From assembly GCA_013239625.1 (NCBI GenBank), contig MU054338.1, positions 5,866,724 through 5,930,723 on the forward strand: a stretch of 64,000 bases of DNA. The letters run 5' to 3'. Shown here in pieces: positions 1 through 25,451 of the stretch. The stretch is from Lama guanicoe (lineage: Eukaryota). The notes beneath the pieces are model-generated. The model ran no database searches and was not told the origin of the DNA. It saw only the letters and a program-made list of their open reading frames with translations. The translations under genes and the position numbers were made by a program. Within the stretch, counting starts at the first letter, position 1, and each line of letters starts with the position of its first letter.

Positions 1-242
1 TTGTTGTTTATCTGACTTGACTTATCCGGCGAGGACAGTCCCTGGCCAGTCTCTGTTGTCTCCAGGGTGGGTCTCGCATCTCCCAGCCTCAATTTCTTGA
101 TGTGTAAACTGGGGACAGGCGTGGACAGGACTCAGGAGGGTGTCTCAGTCACCAGGAGCCGTAGAGCCCCGGGTGGTTCTGGGGACGGGCTGTCCTGGCA
201 GGCGGAGCCCCGCCCCTCACGCCCCCGGCCCCGTGTGCGCAG

Positions 243-3200
243 GGCGGCGGCGCAACGTGAACTGCCTGAAGAACGTGGTGATCTGGTACGAGGACCACAA
301 ACACCGCTGTCCCTACGAGCCGCACCTGGCCGAGCTGGACCCCACCTTCGGCCTGTACACCACGGCTGTGTGGCAGTGCGAAGCCGGACACCGCTACTTC
401 CAAGACCTGCACTCACCCCTGAAGCCGCTCAGTGACTCGGACCCCGAGAGTGACAAAGGTGGGTCTTCGGGGTGAGGGCACACAGTGGCCTCTGGTCTCT
501 AGGGCTCTGTAGCCTCCGGGGTCGGGTGTCGACCTGGGCTCCCTGCCCTCCTGGGCCCTACCAGCCTCAAGCCAGCATCTCAGACCCCACAGCAACTCGC
601 TCGGCACTGCTGCTTAATGGGCTTGCAGTGTCGGAGTCCCTGCAGAGCCCGAGAGCTGCCCCACCTTGTGGAGGGACAGCCGAGGCGTGAAGCAATTTGC
701 CCATCTGGGCCCAGGTCAGTCGCAGGCAGGCCTGGGATCTGGAGGGAGGGGCAGGCACGGTCCTCTCCTCGCCTCTTTGTCCTCCTTCACTTCCTCTGGC
801 TCTTTCTCAGGTTCCGGGCCGTGTCTGGCGGCCTCCTCTCCCTCTCTCCAGCCTGTTCTCGTTTCTCTACACCCCATTCTCCACTCTGGGGCTTTCTTTT
901 GTTCCCATCCCCTGCACTCATATTTCTGTGTTTCATCCTCTCTCCCATCTCCTTCCTTTTTTCTCTTCCCCCTACTGTCTCTCCCGTCTGTCCTCCATCT
1001 CACCCCTGTTTCCATCGCTTTCCTTTCTCCCCACCATTGCCCCACCCTCCCCAGCCCCTCTCCTGTCATCCCACCCACACTGGTCTGGTGGGAGCTGGCA
1101 GCCTGCTCAGGACTGGGATGGACTCATTTACGAAGGCCCAGTGGGCGCTGGTGGGGGAACAGAGGAGACACCATGGATGATGAGGGGGCTGCCCGCCTGC
1201 CTCAGGGGCTTGGCATCAGAAGGAGCCTGGGGTCCACTGCCAGGCGCCCTGCAGGAGCTGAGGGTGGGGTCAGTCACTGGGGCTGAGCCCTCGCTGGCAG
1301 ACATCTCTGAGCAGGTGGCATCCCAGCTGGCCGAGGGGAAGCCGTGGGCGAGAGGTGTTCCAGGTGGGCACCTTGGCCAACGGCTGCCCTGTCATGTGTC
1401 AGCCAGGCTCCCAGTGGGCAGCCGGCCCCTTGGCCATCTTGTCTTCCCAACTCCAGGCCCTGCCCCCAGCCAGCCTGAGTCCTCCCCACAGCCCTGTCAT
1501 TAGCCCCACTTGGCAGTCGAGGAAACCAAGGCAGCCCTGGAAGTAATGTGATTGGCCCATTGGCTGCTGGGTCTGCCCGGGGTGGAGGTGGCACCAAGAG
1601 GAATCCCCTTACAGCCCAACTCAACCCTGATGCTAGTGGCTTCTGGATCTGGGCTCTCCAGAATGAGTGCTGGGATCAATTAGCCAGGTCTGCTGTGGGC
1701 TCTGGGGGGCTGTGAGGAAGTGGCTGTGGGCCTGTCCCAGCCCTGGTCCCTCAGCAGCACCCTTACCAGCTCTCTGCCTAGGGCAGCCCTGCCGTCTCTC
1801 ACTCAGAAAGAGGACCTCTCACCAGGACGGTGGGAGGCCACTGGGTGCACAGCCAGTTCTGTCCTTAATGTTATTATCAACTGTAAAGAAGTCCAGTGCT
1901 GGCTTAACAGCTGGACGCTGTAACTGGGATCCAGGCACATGCCTTGTCTGTGCCCCCAACTCGCTAGGTAACTGCCCCCTCCTTCAGGGTGGAATCAGGG
2001 GGTTCAGTCCACCCTGCAGATCACAGGGTGTTAGAAAGAGGGGCAGTCCCCCTACCCTACCCCGGCTGCCGCAGTATGATAGTAAGGATAACGGGAGACA
2101 TTGAGAGGCTGCTTCCTGAAAGCCCTGCCATCCTGTTTACTCATTAAATACCCCAAACAGCCCTGTGTAGGTGCCAGGTTATCCCCAGGCCCAGATTGGA
2201 TGTCAGGCACCCCCATTCACACAGCTGGAGGAGGGGGCACCGGGATCCCACCTGGCAACCTGGCTCCAGAGCCTGTGCTCCATGAGCCCCTGGGGGTGTA
2301 GGACACATCGTACCCAGATTGTGCCCCAACTGTGTCACAAGTGTGTAACTTAAGGGACAGTCATTCACCTTTCCTGCTCCCAGCTTCTCCCTGTATGTGG
2401 ACGTGAGCACCAAATGTCTAGGTAGGATGTCAGTCCCCTTGGCCTTCATCATAGCCTTGGGTGTGGATTCATTCATGTTTGCAAACATGCACACAGTGTG
2501 TACTAAGCAGCTGGTACCCTGAGTACTGGGGCCGGTGCACAGGGAACCCCATCCTTGTGGAGTTTATGGTCTAGAGGGGAAGCAGAAAATAAATGATAAA
2601 AACAAATAAAACCTAGAGTGTGGCAGAAGGTGGTAAGTATTGGGGGGGGGAATAAAGGAGAGAAAATGGTGCTATTTGAGACAAGGTGGTCAGAGGCCTC
2701 CCTGAAAAATACCATTTGAGGACAGGTCTGATGGAGGTGAGGGAGGGAGCCCACGCAGGTATCTCAAGCAGAGTGAGAGGCAAGTGCAAAGGCCCTGAGG
2801 CAGAAACCTGCTCAGTGTCCCTGGGCGTGGGAGGGGGGTCAGTGGGGCTGGAGAGGAAGTAAGGAGGGCTGATGTGTGGGTTGTGTGGCTGTGGTGAGGG
2901 CTTTCGCTGCCAAGCCAAGTGCATTGGGAAGGGCATTAACTGAGGTAAGTTCTGCAGCTGCTGAAACAGATGCATCCCAGCTCTTGTGACCTAACATAGC
3001 TCACTTCCACTCACATTCCACTGGGACTCAGCTATATCATCACACCTAATGGCAAAGGATGCTGGGACGTGTAGTCCACCCAGGTGTCAGGAGGAAGAGA
3101 CAGGGGTTTGGTGAGCAGTTGGCCTGTCTTCTTCCACAGGAAGCCATGAGCAGATTCTCAGTCAGAGAGGGATGTGACCTGAGCAGGTGGTCACAGGCTC

Positions 3201-6200
3201 CCTCGCCACAGAGGGGAGGACAGACTGGGGTAGGGGGAGCAAGGATAGGAACAGAGATGGTTGGAGGGAACCCGGAAAGAAGGACGTCATGGTCCCGACG
3301 GGACTGGTGGGGCCGTGAGCAGGGCGTGTGGGGGCGCTAGGAGAAGCCATCGGCCTGGGGATATATTTTGAAAGCACCGCCAACAGGTTGTGCTGACAGA
3401 TTGGAAGTGGGTGTGAGAGAAAGGGAGAGGTCAAGGAGAGCCCCAGGACGTTGGCTTGAGCAATTGGAAAGGCAGAGCTGCCTGCCATCCGCTGAGACAG
3501 GGATGTCTGTGAGCGGTGCTGTCTTTCTCTGAAGGAAGATTCAGAGCCCAGAGTCGCCAAGCAGAGTCTGAGATGTCTGTAAGACCCTCACCGGGGGCAG
3601 CAGAGGAGGCAGCAGGGGGCAGGAGTCTGCAGCTCCTTGGAGGTCCAGGCAAGAACTATCCACTTGGAGGCACCAGGGTATGGGTGGTGGCAGTGCAATA
3701 AAAATAGATGCAGGCAGACCTAGGAGATGTTGCGAGTTTGGTTCCAGACCACTTCAATAAGGCAAAGATCGAAATAAAGTGAGNNNNNNNNNNNNNNNNN
3801 NNNNNNNNNNNNNNNNNNNNNNNNNNNNNNNNNNNNNNNNNNNNNNNNNNNNNNNNNNNNNNNNNNNNNNNNNNNNNNNNNNNNNNNNNNNNNNNNNNNN
3901 NNNNNNNNNNNNNNNNNNNNNNNNNNNAGCTCGGTGGTAGAGCGCATGCCTAGCATGCATGAAGTCCTGGGTTCAATTCCCAGCACCTCCATTAAAATAA
4001 ACTAAACCTAGTTACCCCCCGCCCCAGTTTTTTTAATTAAAAATACTTAATTGCTAAAAATGCCAACCATCATCTGGATCCACAGNNNNNNNNNNNNNNN
4101 NNNNNNNNNNNNNNNNNNNNNNNNNNNNNNNNNNNNNNNNNNNNNNNNNNNNNNNNNNNNNNNNNNNNNNNNNNNNNNNNNNNNNNNNNNNNNNNNNNNN
4201 NNNNNNNNNNNNNNNNNNNNNNNNNNNNNGAAAAATGATGCCAAAAGTCTCACTCGAGGCAGGTTTGCCACATACCTTCAGTTTGTAAGCAGTGCAGCGT
4301 CTGCGAAGCACAGTAAGATGGGATATGCCTGTATTTGGTCTTTGTCCCTGGTTCCTGGCACAGAGCTCCTAAAACCCTTGGAACTTCCTGAGTGATAGGA
4401 ATGCTTTTCATTTTTCATGAGCCCCTTTGGTAAGAAGCCTGGTCAAAACACAGCTGAGTCTAACGAGGTGACTCAGGGCAGGGACCCTAGATAGTTCTAT
4501 GGTGGGGGCTGGTCACCAGAAAGGCCAAATACTTGGTTAGAGAGTGGAAGCTGTCAGCCCGACCCCCAGCCCCCAGGTGCGGATGGAGGCCAGAGAGGTG
4601 GTTATGAAAACTCTTAGACAACAAGGTTCCAAGAGCTTCCGGGTTGGTGAACACCTGGTGCTGGGAGGGTGGCGTGCCGGTGGACAGCACAGCGGCTCCA
4701 CGCCCCGCCCCCACCGCCCAGTTACCTTGCCCTGCCATCTCTTCCGTCGGCTGTGGCTGCATTGCATCCTTTATAACACAGCTGTAACCAGAAGTAGAGT
4801 ACTTGCTTGAGCTCTGAGTTCTAGCAAATTATGAACACTGAGGAGGGGGTTGTGGGAACCTCCAAGCTGTAGCCAGGAGTGTGGGTGACCCAGGACTTGT
4901 GGCTGGTATCTGAAGTGGGGGCAGTCTTGTGGGACTGAGCTCTCTTCCCTGTGGAGTGTGATGCTGTCTCCAGATAGATCATGTCAGGACCAAATTAAAT
5001 TGTTGGACACCTGGCTGGGGTGAAGAATGAGGGTGCAATTTAACGCAGCCAGCCAGGCTGATACCCTGGGCTGAGTGGAGCGCTGAAGAGAGGCCCCCAC
5101 GAGAGCCTTCCAGGCCCGTAAGAACAAAGGAGGCTGAGAAGGAGCCACTGGGGAGGAGCCAGGGAACCAGAGCGTGGGTCTGGAGACTGAGGCAGAAGAG
5201 TGTCCCAAGGAGAGGGGCACTTGGAGAATCTGACCTGAGAGCTGACCGCGCTTATGGCAGAGAGAGAGTCACCACGCCCAGCCCCAGGGATCCTCCCAGC
5301 AAATACCACCTGCTGCTGCCTCAGCTGTAACCATCCCCTCTCTGTCACCACAGTGGGCAACGGCCTGGTGGCTGGCAGCTCCGGCTCATCCAGTTCCGGC
5401 TCCGGCTCCGACTCCGAGGAGCCCCCTGAGGGCCAGCCAGCCAAGGCGACAGTGGCAACAGCGGCAGTCACCCCCACCAGCCCGGCGGGCAGCAGTGGTC
5501 TCATCACACAGGAGGGCATGCACATCCCCTTCGATGTCCAGCACGTGGAGAGCCTGGCCGAGCAGGGCACCCCTCTGTGCCCCAACCCAGTCAGCAGCGG
5601 GCCCGAAGCCCTGGAGACAGTCGTGTGCGTGCCAGTGCCCGTGCAAGTGGGCCCGGGCCCTGGCACCCTCTTTGAGAACGTGCCCCAGGAGGCACTGGGC
5701 GAGGTGGTGGCCAGCTGTCCCATGCCAGGCATGGTGCCCGGTTCACAGGTGATCATCATTGCCGGCCCCAGCTACGATGCCCTCACGGCCGAGGGCATCC
5801 ACCTCAACGTGGCAGCAGGCAACGGTGCCCCAGGAGGGGGCCTGGGCGACGAGGTACCCTGCGCCATGATGGAGGGTGTGGCGGCCTACACCCAGACACA
5901 GCCTGAGGGCAGTCAGCCCAGCACCATGGACCCCACCGCTGTGACGGGCATTGAGACCAAAAAAGGTCTGGGGGGCCGCGCCAGACCGGGGTGGGCACTG
6001 CGGTGGGACCTGGGAAGGGGAGGGCGAGGCGTGGCCCCAAAGCAGGCTTCTCGACAGCCTTGGTCCCCACGGATGCCCACCCTGTGTCCACCCCCGTAGA
6101 GAAGGAGGACCTGTACGTGCTCAAGAAGGAGGAGAAGGAGGAGCCGGTGGCCCCAGAGCTGGGAGAGCTGGCCGCGACGGTGCCTGAGAGCGCAGAGCCG

Positions 6201-9167
6201 GAGGCAGAGGCAGACGGGGAGGAGCTGGATGGCAGTGACATGTCAGCCATCATCTACGAAATCCCCAAGGAGCCCGAGAAGTGGGTGCTGGGGTGGGCGG
6301 GGGCAGGGACGAGGAGCAGCCCTCGGGCCTGCAGCCCGCCTGGTGTCAGAGCCCCAACGCCATGGGCCCCTTCCCCTCCAGGAGGCGGAGGAGCAAGCGG
6401 TCGCGAGTGATGGATGCCGATGGCCTGCTTGAGATGTTCCACTGCCCCTACGAGGGCTGCAGCCAGGTCTATGTGGCCCTAAGCAGCTTCCAGGTGAGGC
6501 CACCACCTAAGTGGGCTGGGGGCCAGCTTCTGTGCCTGGCTGCTTGGGCATGGAGGTCTGGGCATTGTGGCTCATGGAGGACCCCCACCCAGCCCCTCCA
6601 GGTGCCAATGGCCTGCCTCCCAAGTACCCACCCAGCCCCCACTGATATCAGCCACAGAAGAAGGCATCACCTCTGTTCCTTACCCCCCTGCTCTCTAGCC
6701 CACCCATCCTGCCTCCTCAACCAGCCATGGCCTCTCTCTACACACCCCGGCTGGCTGCCCAGTCCTGGCTGAGTGGTTCCCCACACACTCCCCCTCTTCA
6801 TGCCACCTCAACTCAGGAATTCCTGTCTTTGCCCAAGCTACCCTGTCAGTTCAGGAGGCTTCCTTTCTAAGCTCAACTCAGGACGCCCCTCCACTGGGAA
6901 GCCCACCCTCATCCCCCAGGACTTGCGGGGCCTGCGTGCCCCAGGTCAGTGCACTACCAGGACATCCCTGCAGTTGGCCCTCTGGAGTCTGGACAGGGTG
7001 TCCTGAGAGCAAAGACAGAGTTCTATCATGTCCCCACTCCTGGCATAAGACACTGCACCAGAAGAACTTTGAATTTGCCGAGTCACGTTTGCATTAAGTA
7101 CATACTGAGCACCTAGCAGGTACCAGGCCTGGTGCTGGGCACTGGAGCTCCAGTCGGGCTAGTGAGTTAAAGAATGAAAGAATGAAGGAATGGATGACTT
7201 GGGGGCTCCCTGCTCCAGCCCCTGGGGGCAGCTTAGCATCACGGTGCAAAGAGCCACCGTGGGGCTGACAGCCCTGGACTCCAGACCTAGCCCTGCCACT
7301 GCCCACCTGTGAGATGGGTCAAATACTGGGGAGGTAATTGACCAAGCCTCCAGAGCCTCAGTTTCCCCATCCACAAACTGGGCTAATGGCTGGGCCCCTT
7401 CTCAGGGTTACGACAAGTTTGACTGATGCCCCAGGCCAGAGTCTGGCTGTAGTAGGTGCTCAGTTAAACTGCTGTTTGACCCCAGTTGTGCCCTTGGGCA
7501 CCAGCTCAGAGCTGGGAGTCTCTCCCAAGGGCAAAGGCACCCCTCTTCCCTCTTCCAGGGAGGCCGGCCCTAGCCAACCTTCATCTGTTCCTCCCAATGG
7601 GATAGCTGCAGAGGTGGGCTGGTGGCATCCACAGCCCCATTCCTGCCCCTCTTGCCCCCAGAACCATGTCAACCTCGTGCATCGGAAAGGGAAGACCAAA
7701 GTGTGTCCTCACCCTGGCTGCGGCAAGAAGTTCTATTTATCAAACCACCTGCGGCGGCACATGATCATCCACTCAGGTAAGGCCAGGGGCGGGTCTGGCA
7801 GCATGAGCCACAGGCACAGGGGCCTGGGCCTGGGAGCCAGGGCTGGGGCAGGCAGGGTGAAACCCGAGCACAGGACTGGTCCTCTCCGAACCTCTTCCAT
7901 GTCCACCACAAGGACAGGTGTAAGAGGCAGAAGTAAAGCAGTTGATTTGGTGCCCAGTGGGCACCTCCCCAGTAGTTAGTAAGTTGGAGCTACACAGGTC
8001 CCAGTGACATCTACTATTATAAAGCACGTGGAGCTGGGCAGGGGCTGGCTGTCTCTTACCCAACTTGGCCCCTGGCCTCCCCACTCCCACGAACAGTGTT
8101 CATGTGGGAGCTGTTCCAGGACTGAGTAGGGGACAGTGAACCACCCCAGGTGGGCAGGGTAGGGGAGCAGACTTGAGGCTGGACCTCTGTTTCATCTTCT
8201 CCAGGCACTCCCTTGAACCAGGGCTGGGTGGGGCGGAGGTGGGAAGGTCGTAGAGGCAGTAGTGTCTGCCCAATGGGAAGCAACGGCTTCAGATTTTTTG
8301 AGAGGCCAGAACTTTGGATATTTATGTGAAATCGCACCAATATTTGAAATTTTAGGGTGAAATTCAGGCCCACTTTGGCTTGGCTGTTTGCACCCTTTGC
8401 CCCTCAGGAATCCGAGTTTGCGTTCCAGCTCTGCCCAGTCGCGTTCCTGGGCAACTTCCGAGCCTCATGCGGGCCTTAGTCGCCCTTGTTTTAGCTGATT
8501 AATTATTATAGTCCGCCCAGAGGGTGTGGGGTCTAGTCTGCCTGAGCTCAGAGGCTTTGCGTACCACCGGATCCCTGCAGTGCCCCAGTGACCCCACAGC
8601 CCCCTCCCTCGTCGCGGCGTGCTCAGCTCTGCGTCTCCTCCAGGTGTCCGTGAATTCACCTGCGAAACCTGCGGCAAGTCCTTCAAGAGGAAGAATCACC
8701 TTGAGGTACACCGGCGCACGCACACAGGAGAGACGCCTCTGCAGTGAGTGACGGGTTTCCGGTGAGGGGCTGGAAGGGAGGGCATCCCGGCCTGGACCTG
8801 CACGGGGCAGCTCGCTTGGGAGGGCTGCGACCCAGCGTTGCCTCTGCGAGGATTCCCTGAGCGCTCCCACCCTGGCTGGCACCTCCCTCTTCGGGGGGCG
8901 GTCCCGCCCTAGTGGTTGGGCCCCGCCACCGAGGCGGCCCCTTCCGCTCTGACCCCGCCCCCGGTGNNNNNNNNNNNNNNNNNNNNNNNNNNNNNNNNNN
9001 NNNNNNNNNNNNNNNNNNNNNNNNNNNNNNNNNNNNNNNNNNNNNNNNNNNNNNNNNNNNNNNNNNNNNNNNNNNNNNNNNNNNNNNNNNNNNNNNNNCG
9101 CTTCGAGAAGCTAGACAGCGTCAAGTTCCACACGCTCAAAAGCCACCCGGACCACAAGCCGGCCTGA
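243..9167 (+). CDS. ZNF653: Zinc finger protein 653 (C2H2), 3' portion; 5' exons lie upstream of the window
   Basis: Exons with AG/GT ends and consistent phase: 243-458 ([26 protein letters not shown]...), 5354-5965, 6100-6280, 6382-6493, 7662-7776 ([23 protein letters not shown]), 8644-8743 ([21 protein letters not shown]), last exon starting inside the N block (~8990) to TGA 9167 ([22 protein letters not shown]). Confidence 0.95.
3711..4331 (+). mobile_element. Tigger1-like DNA transposon remnant (TcMar-Tigger), interrupted by a SINE
   Basis: Starts CAGGCAGACCTAGGAGATGTTGCGAGTTTGGTTCCAGACCAC and ends GATATGCCTG followed by TA; resembles Tigger1 terminal inverted repeats; partly N-masked. 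Confidence 0.75.
3928..4045 (+). mobile_element. tRNA-derived SINE (camelid Vic-1-like), 5' end in N block
   Basis: AGCTCGGTGGTAGAGCGCATGCCTAGCATGCATGAAGTCCTGGGTTCAATTCCCAGCACCTCC plus A-rich tail; A/B box pattern. Confidence 0.85.
4332..5025 (+). mobile_element. MER21-like ERV LTR
   Basis: TTGGTCTTTGTCCCTGGTTCCTGGCACAGAGCTCCTAAAACCCTTGGAACTTCCTGAGTGATAGG and GGCAGTCTTGTGGGACTGAGC motifs recalled from MER21 consensus. Confidence 0.65.
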
Positions 9168-9394
9168 TCCACCCGACCACTAACCGCCCCTATTTATTCG
9201 TCTGATTGGACACCAAGCCCGAGCCTGCCAGGGCCGGGACAGCCGCGGGGGCCGCCTGGACCGCGGGCCGGAAGGAGGCGCCCCTGCCCCGCCCTAGGGC
9301 TGGGCCCCCTGGGCTGGGCCCCTCCACCCCACCGATTTCTGGAGCTGGCGCAGAGGGCTGCACTGCTGGAACTGTGTTAAGAGAGCAGAGTGAG

Positions 9395-9400
9395 ATTAAA
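9395..9400 (+). terminator. Probable ZNF653 polyadenylation signal ATTAAA
   Basis: First ATTAAA variant ~230 nt after the stop codon. Confidence 0.6.
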
Positions 9401-9989
9401 GAGTGAGAAAGGAGATGCCCTTCCCCTAGGCCTGGATGATTGGGGGAGGGTGGGCCCCTCTCTGCCTTCAAGCTGGTCCCTCCCTGAGCAAGAAGGGATC
9501 AGGGGCTGATGCCCCAACACGCGAACAGCGGCCTTTCCTGTTAACCTCCGCACTGCCTCGGGCCCCCTGGGCCTGGCAACTCTAAACACTCCGCCCTCTT
9601 ACAGGGTCAGGTGTGGAACGCTGGGGGCCTTGGAGGCTACTGAACATCTCCCAGGACTCAGGATCCTAACGTCCTCTCCTAATCCTTCATAGAAAACTCA
9701 TTCCCACCCTCAGTGAGCTCATGGACCAGTTGGGGAGATGATCAGTAAACCCCTAAGAATGGCATCTACAGCTGTGACAAGCACCATGCGGAAATTAGTT
9801 TCTGGGAATGCAGTTTGGGTCGGTGGTCAGAGAGGGCCTCTCTGAGGTGGCATCTGAGCATAAACTAGAATGACAAAGAGGTTCCTTCCCTGAAGAAAGC
9901 CGGGGGAGGCAAATCCCAGGCCGAAGGAACAGCCAGTGCCAAAGCCCCGAGGTAGAACGGGCTCAGCGTGTTCCTGGAACAGGAAGCCG

Positions 9990-11130
9990 CGGAGGGGAGG
10001 GGAGTTGGCAGCGGCGGGGCGGCTGCCCTGGCCCCATTTCCCGGAGGAGGATGCTGAGGCTGCTGCTTCCTCCTCCTGCGGGCTGTCAGGTAGAGGGGTC
10101 GGGGAGCGAGTCCAGGTCACGCGGCCGCCAGGTGGCGCGCAAGCTTCGTGGGCCCTGGTGGCCGTAGCCACGTGACTCTGGGGAACCGCAGCCGCGAGCC
10201 GGGGCACGTGCCCGAGGGAGCCCTGTGGCGCCACGCGCAGATTGGCCCCGCCGGCTCCTCACCAGCTCGTGGGGGCGGAGCCGCAGCTAGGCCTCATTTC
10301 ATTCTTCGGACCGGGGGCTACTCCAGCTGGGGACGGATGAGTCGGCGAGGATGAGCGAGTCCCTCTGCTGGGGCCGCCCCCGCGAGCCATCCCGCAAGGC
10401 TAAGTCCCCTTCGCTCTCCCCGCACAACCAGAAGCCAGCAGTTTCCATGGGAACTGCAGCCGGGTCTGCCGCCCAGAAGGAGCCCCTTTCCCGTCACAGG
10501 CACAGTTTCCGATCCCACAGGAGTCAGGAGGAACGCGGGGTGGAGAACAAGCCATTGCTTGGGGTCCCCGGGGTCGGCAGCCAGGTCGCCCGGGCAAACC
10601 CGAGAGGACCCAACCGGGGACCCGCATCACCGCCGCCCAGATTGCGCGGGCCATTATGATTGGCCTTGCCTTTCCATCGGCGTGGCAGCGCTCTCTACTG
10701 CGCGCGCTCCCATTGGCTCAATCTCGAAGGCATCTTCCCGCAATTGGTCCTCTCGAAGGCCATCCCTGATTGGTCAAATTAGGCACTCTTCACTGGGTTT
10801 GATGGCACTCTCGGACAGTCTGCAGCCTAAAAGGGCGTGCAGGGACGAGGATAGATTTTGGGCTGTGACTCTCAGGTTAGGGGACACTGGCGACCCTGCC
10901 CGCAGCGCCCTGGACCTGGCCATCGGACCGCTGTCTGTGGTGCTGAAGCCTCACTCGAAGGTGCCCCTAGTGCTCTAGCGGAAATACCTCCTAGCGCCTG
11001 GTGGCCGCCCCTACAAAAACATGCACTTAACGCCCGCGCACCAAAGGAGACGCCATCCCCTATCGCCTGAGTGAAAGGCCAGGTCCCCGCTTGCAGAGAG
11101 AGCGCGACTCCAGAGGCCGACAAATCACGA
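9990..11130. promoter_or_regulatory. Intergenic CpG island with CTCF (10125-10138), X-box (10441-10454), E-boxes, tandem CCAAT boxes and RE1
   Basis: CpG-dense; CCGCCAGGTGGCGC; GTTTCCATGGGAAC; CACGTG at 10168 and 10205; ATTGG at 10241, 10659, 10712, 10743, 10769. Confidence 0.7.
10927..10947 (-). promoter_or_regulatory. RE1/NRSE (REST binding site) upstream of ELAVL3
   Basis: Minus strand TTCAGCACCACAGACAGCGGT vs consensus TTCAGCACCACGGACAGCGCC (18/21); ~880 bp upstream of the TATA box of a neuron-specific gene. Confidence 0.8.
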
Positions 11131-11769
11131 GCCCGGGAAGCCAGTATTTACATGGCAGAATCGTCCACCCTAAATTTACGGGGTAGAAGAAGGCCCGATG
11201 GTTTCCCGGGGCTTTCAAGTCACCAGCGGGGTTTGCCTGGAACACTAAGCCCCAAACTTCTTCACCCTCTTTGGAGCACTGCTGAGTCTCCCTGCACTGT
11301 TAGGTGCCCGTCCTCCCTAGAGACACCTAGCCAGCTCAGAATCCACAGGATCCTAATTCCTTCTGCAGGCGGACTAGATTCCCAGCCACCTCCACATTCC
11401 TCCCTTGGTTTTAGGACTACACCTGGTCCCCTCAAATCTGAGGACCCAGGCCTCTTCCCTTGAAGTCTTGATTCGTCCTCCCTCTCCAGTCCTGTCGGTA
11501 GACAGCACCTCCTGAAGGCACTACAATCGGGCCACCAATACCTCCTAGCCCTCTTTGCTCCTCCAACTCTGGGTACTGGAGAGAGGGGAACCCTTCCTGT
11601 CTTCCGAGCAGGAAGCCGCCCAAGAAGGAGCGCCAACGCAGGAAGCAGAATCCGTGCGGGCAAAGGGGCGCGAATCTGGCAACCCGAGTCCCCAGGATGT
11701 GCTTTCTTGGGGTGCGGAGTGCTGGCCAGCGCGCGCTCGCTTCCACCTGCCGCGCCGTCGGGCGCCGCG

Positions 11770-11833
11770 AGGAGGCGGGGCTCAGTTGCCGCAGCCAATA
11801 AGCGACGCTGGCGCTGGCAGCTGCTGCTATAAA
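11770..11833 (+). promoter_or_regulatory. ELAVL3 core promoter: GC box, CCAAT (11795-11799), TATAAA (11828-11833)
   Basis: GAGGCGGGG...GCCAATA...TATAAAG in canonical order inside a CpG island, upstream of ELAVL3 exon 1. Confidence 0.75.
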
Positions 11834-12297
11834 GGGCTGGGGGCGGCGGCGGCGCGGCCCAGAGCGCGGAGCGCGCAGCGCGGGCCGGAGGGAGGGAGGG
11901 AGGGCGGGCGAGGGGAGAGGACTAGACACCGGGGANNNNNNNNNNNNNNNNNNNNNNNNNNNNNNNNNNNNNNNNNNNNNNNNNNNNNNNNNNNNNNNNN
12001 NNNNNNNNNNNNNNNNNNNNNNNNNNNNNNNNNNNNNNNNNNNNNNNNNNNNNNNNNNNNNNNNNNNNNNNNNNNNNNNNNNNNNNNNNNNNNNNNNNNN
12101 NNNNNNNNNNNNNNNGCACCCGGGCTCGGGCCCGTCCCCGGCCCTCGAGAGAGCCGCTGCCCTCAACGAGACCTTTGCAGCGGCCACACCAGAAGCCGCC
12201 TGGGCGGGACCCCAGCGTGAGCATCGAGCGCCCCCCAAGGAGTGCACGACCCCCGGAGCCGCCCTCAACACGGACCGCGCCCGCCGGGCACACAAGA

Positions 12298-25377
<13,080 letters not shown>

Positions 25378-25411
25378 GCCACCGCCGCCCTCCCCACCCT
25401 CCCCGGGCAGC

Positions 25412-25451
<40 letters not shown>

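Noticed and set aside
617-1503. Long overlapping ORFs (187-268 aa) in ZNF653 intron
   Set aside because: They arise from a ~300-bp CT-rich low-complexity tract that lacks stop codons; no recognisable domain or splice context.
3928-3990. tRNA-like sequences (also 17805, 35109, 40150, 46330)
   Set aside because: These are SINE heads with A-rich tails and TSDs, diverged from each other; not tRNA genes.
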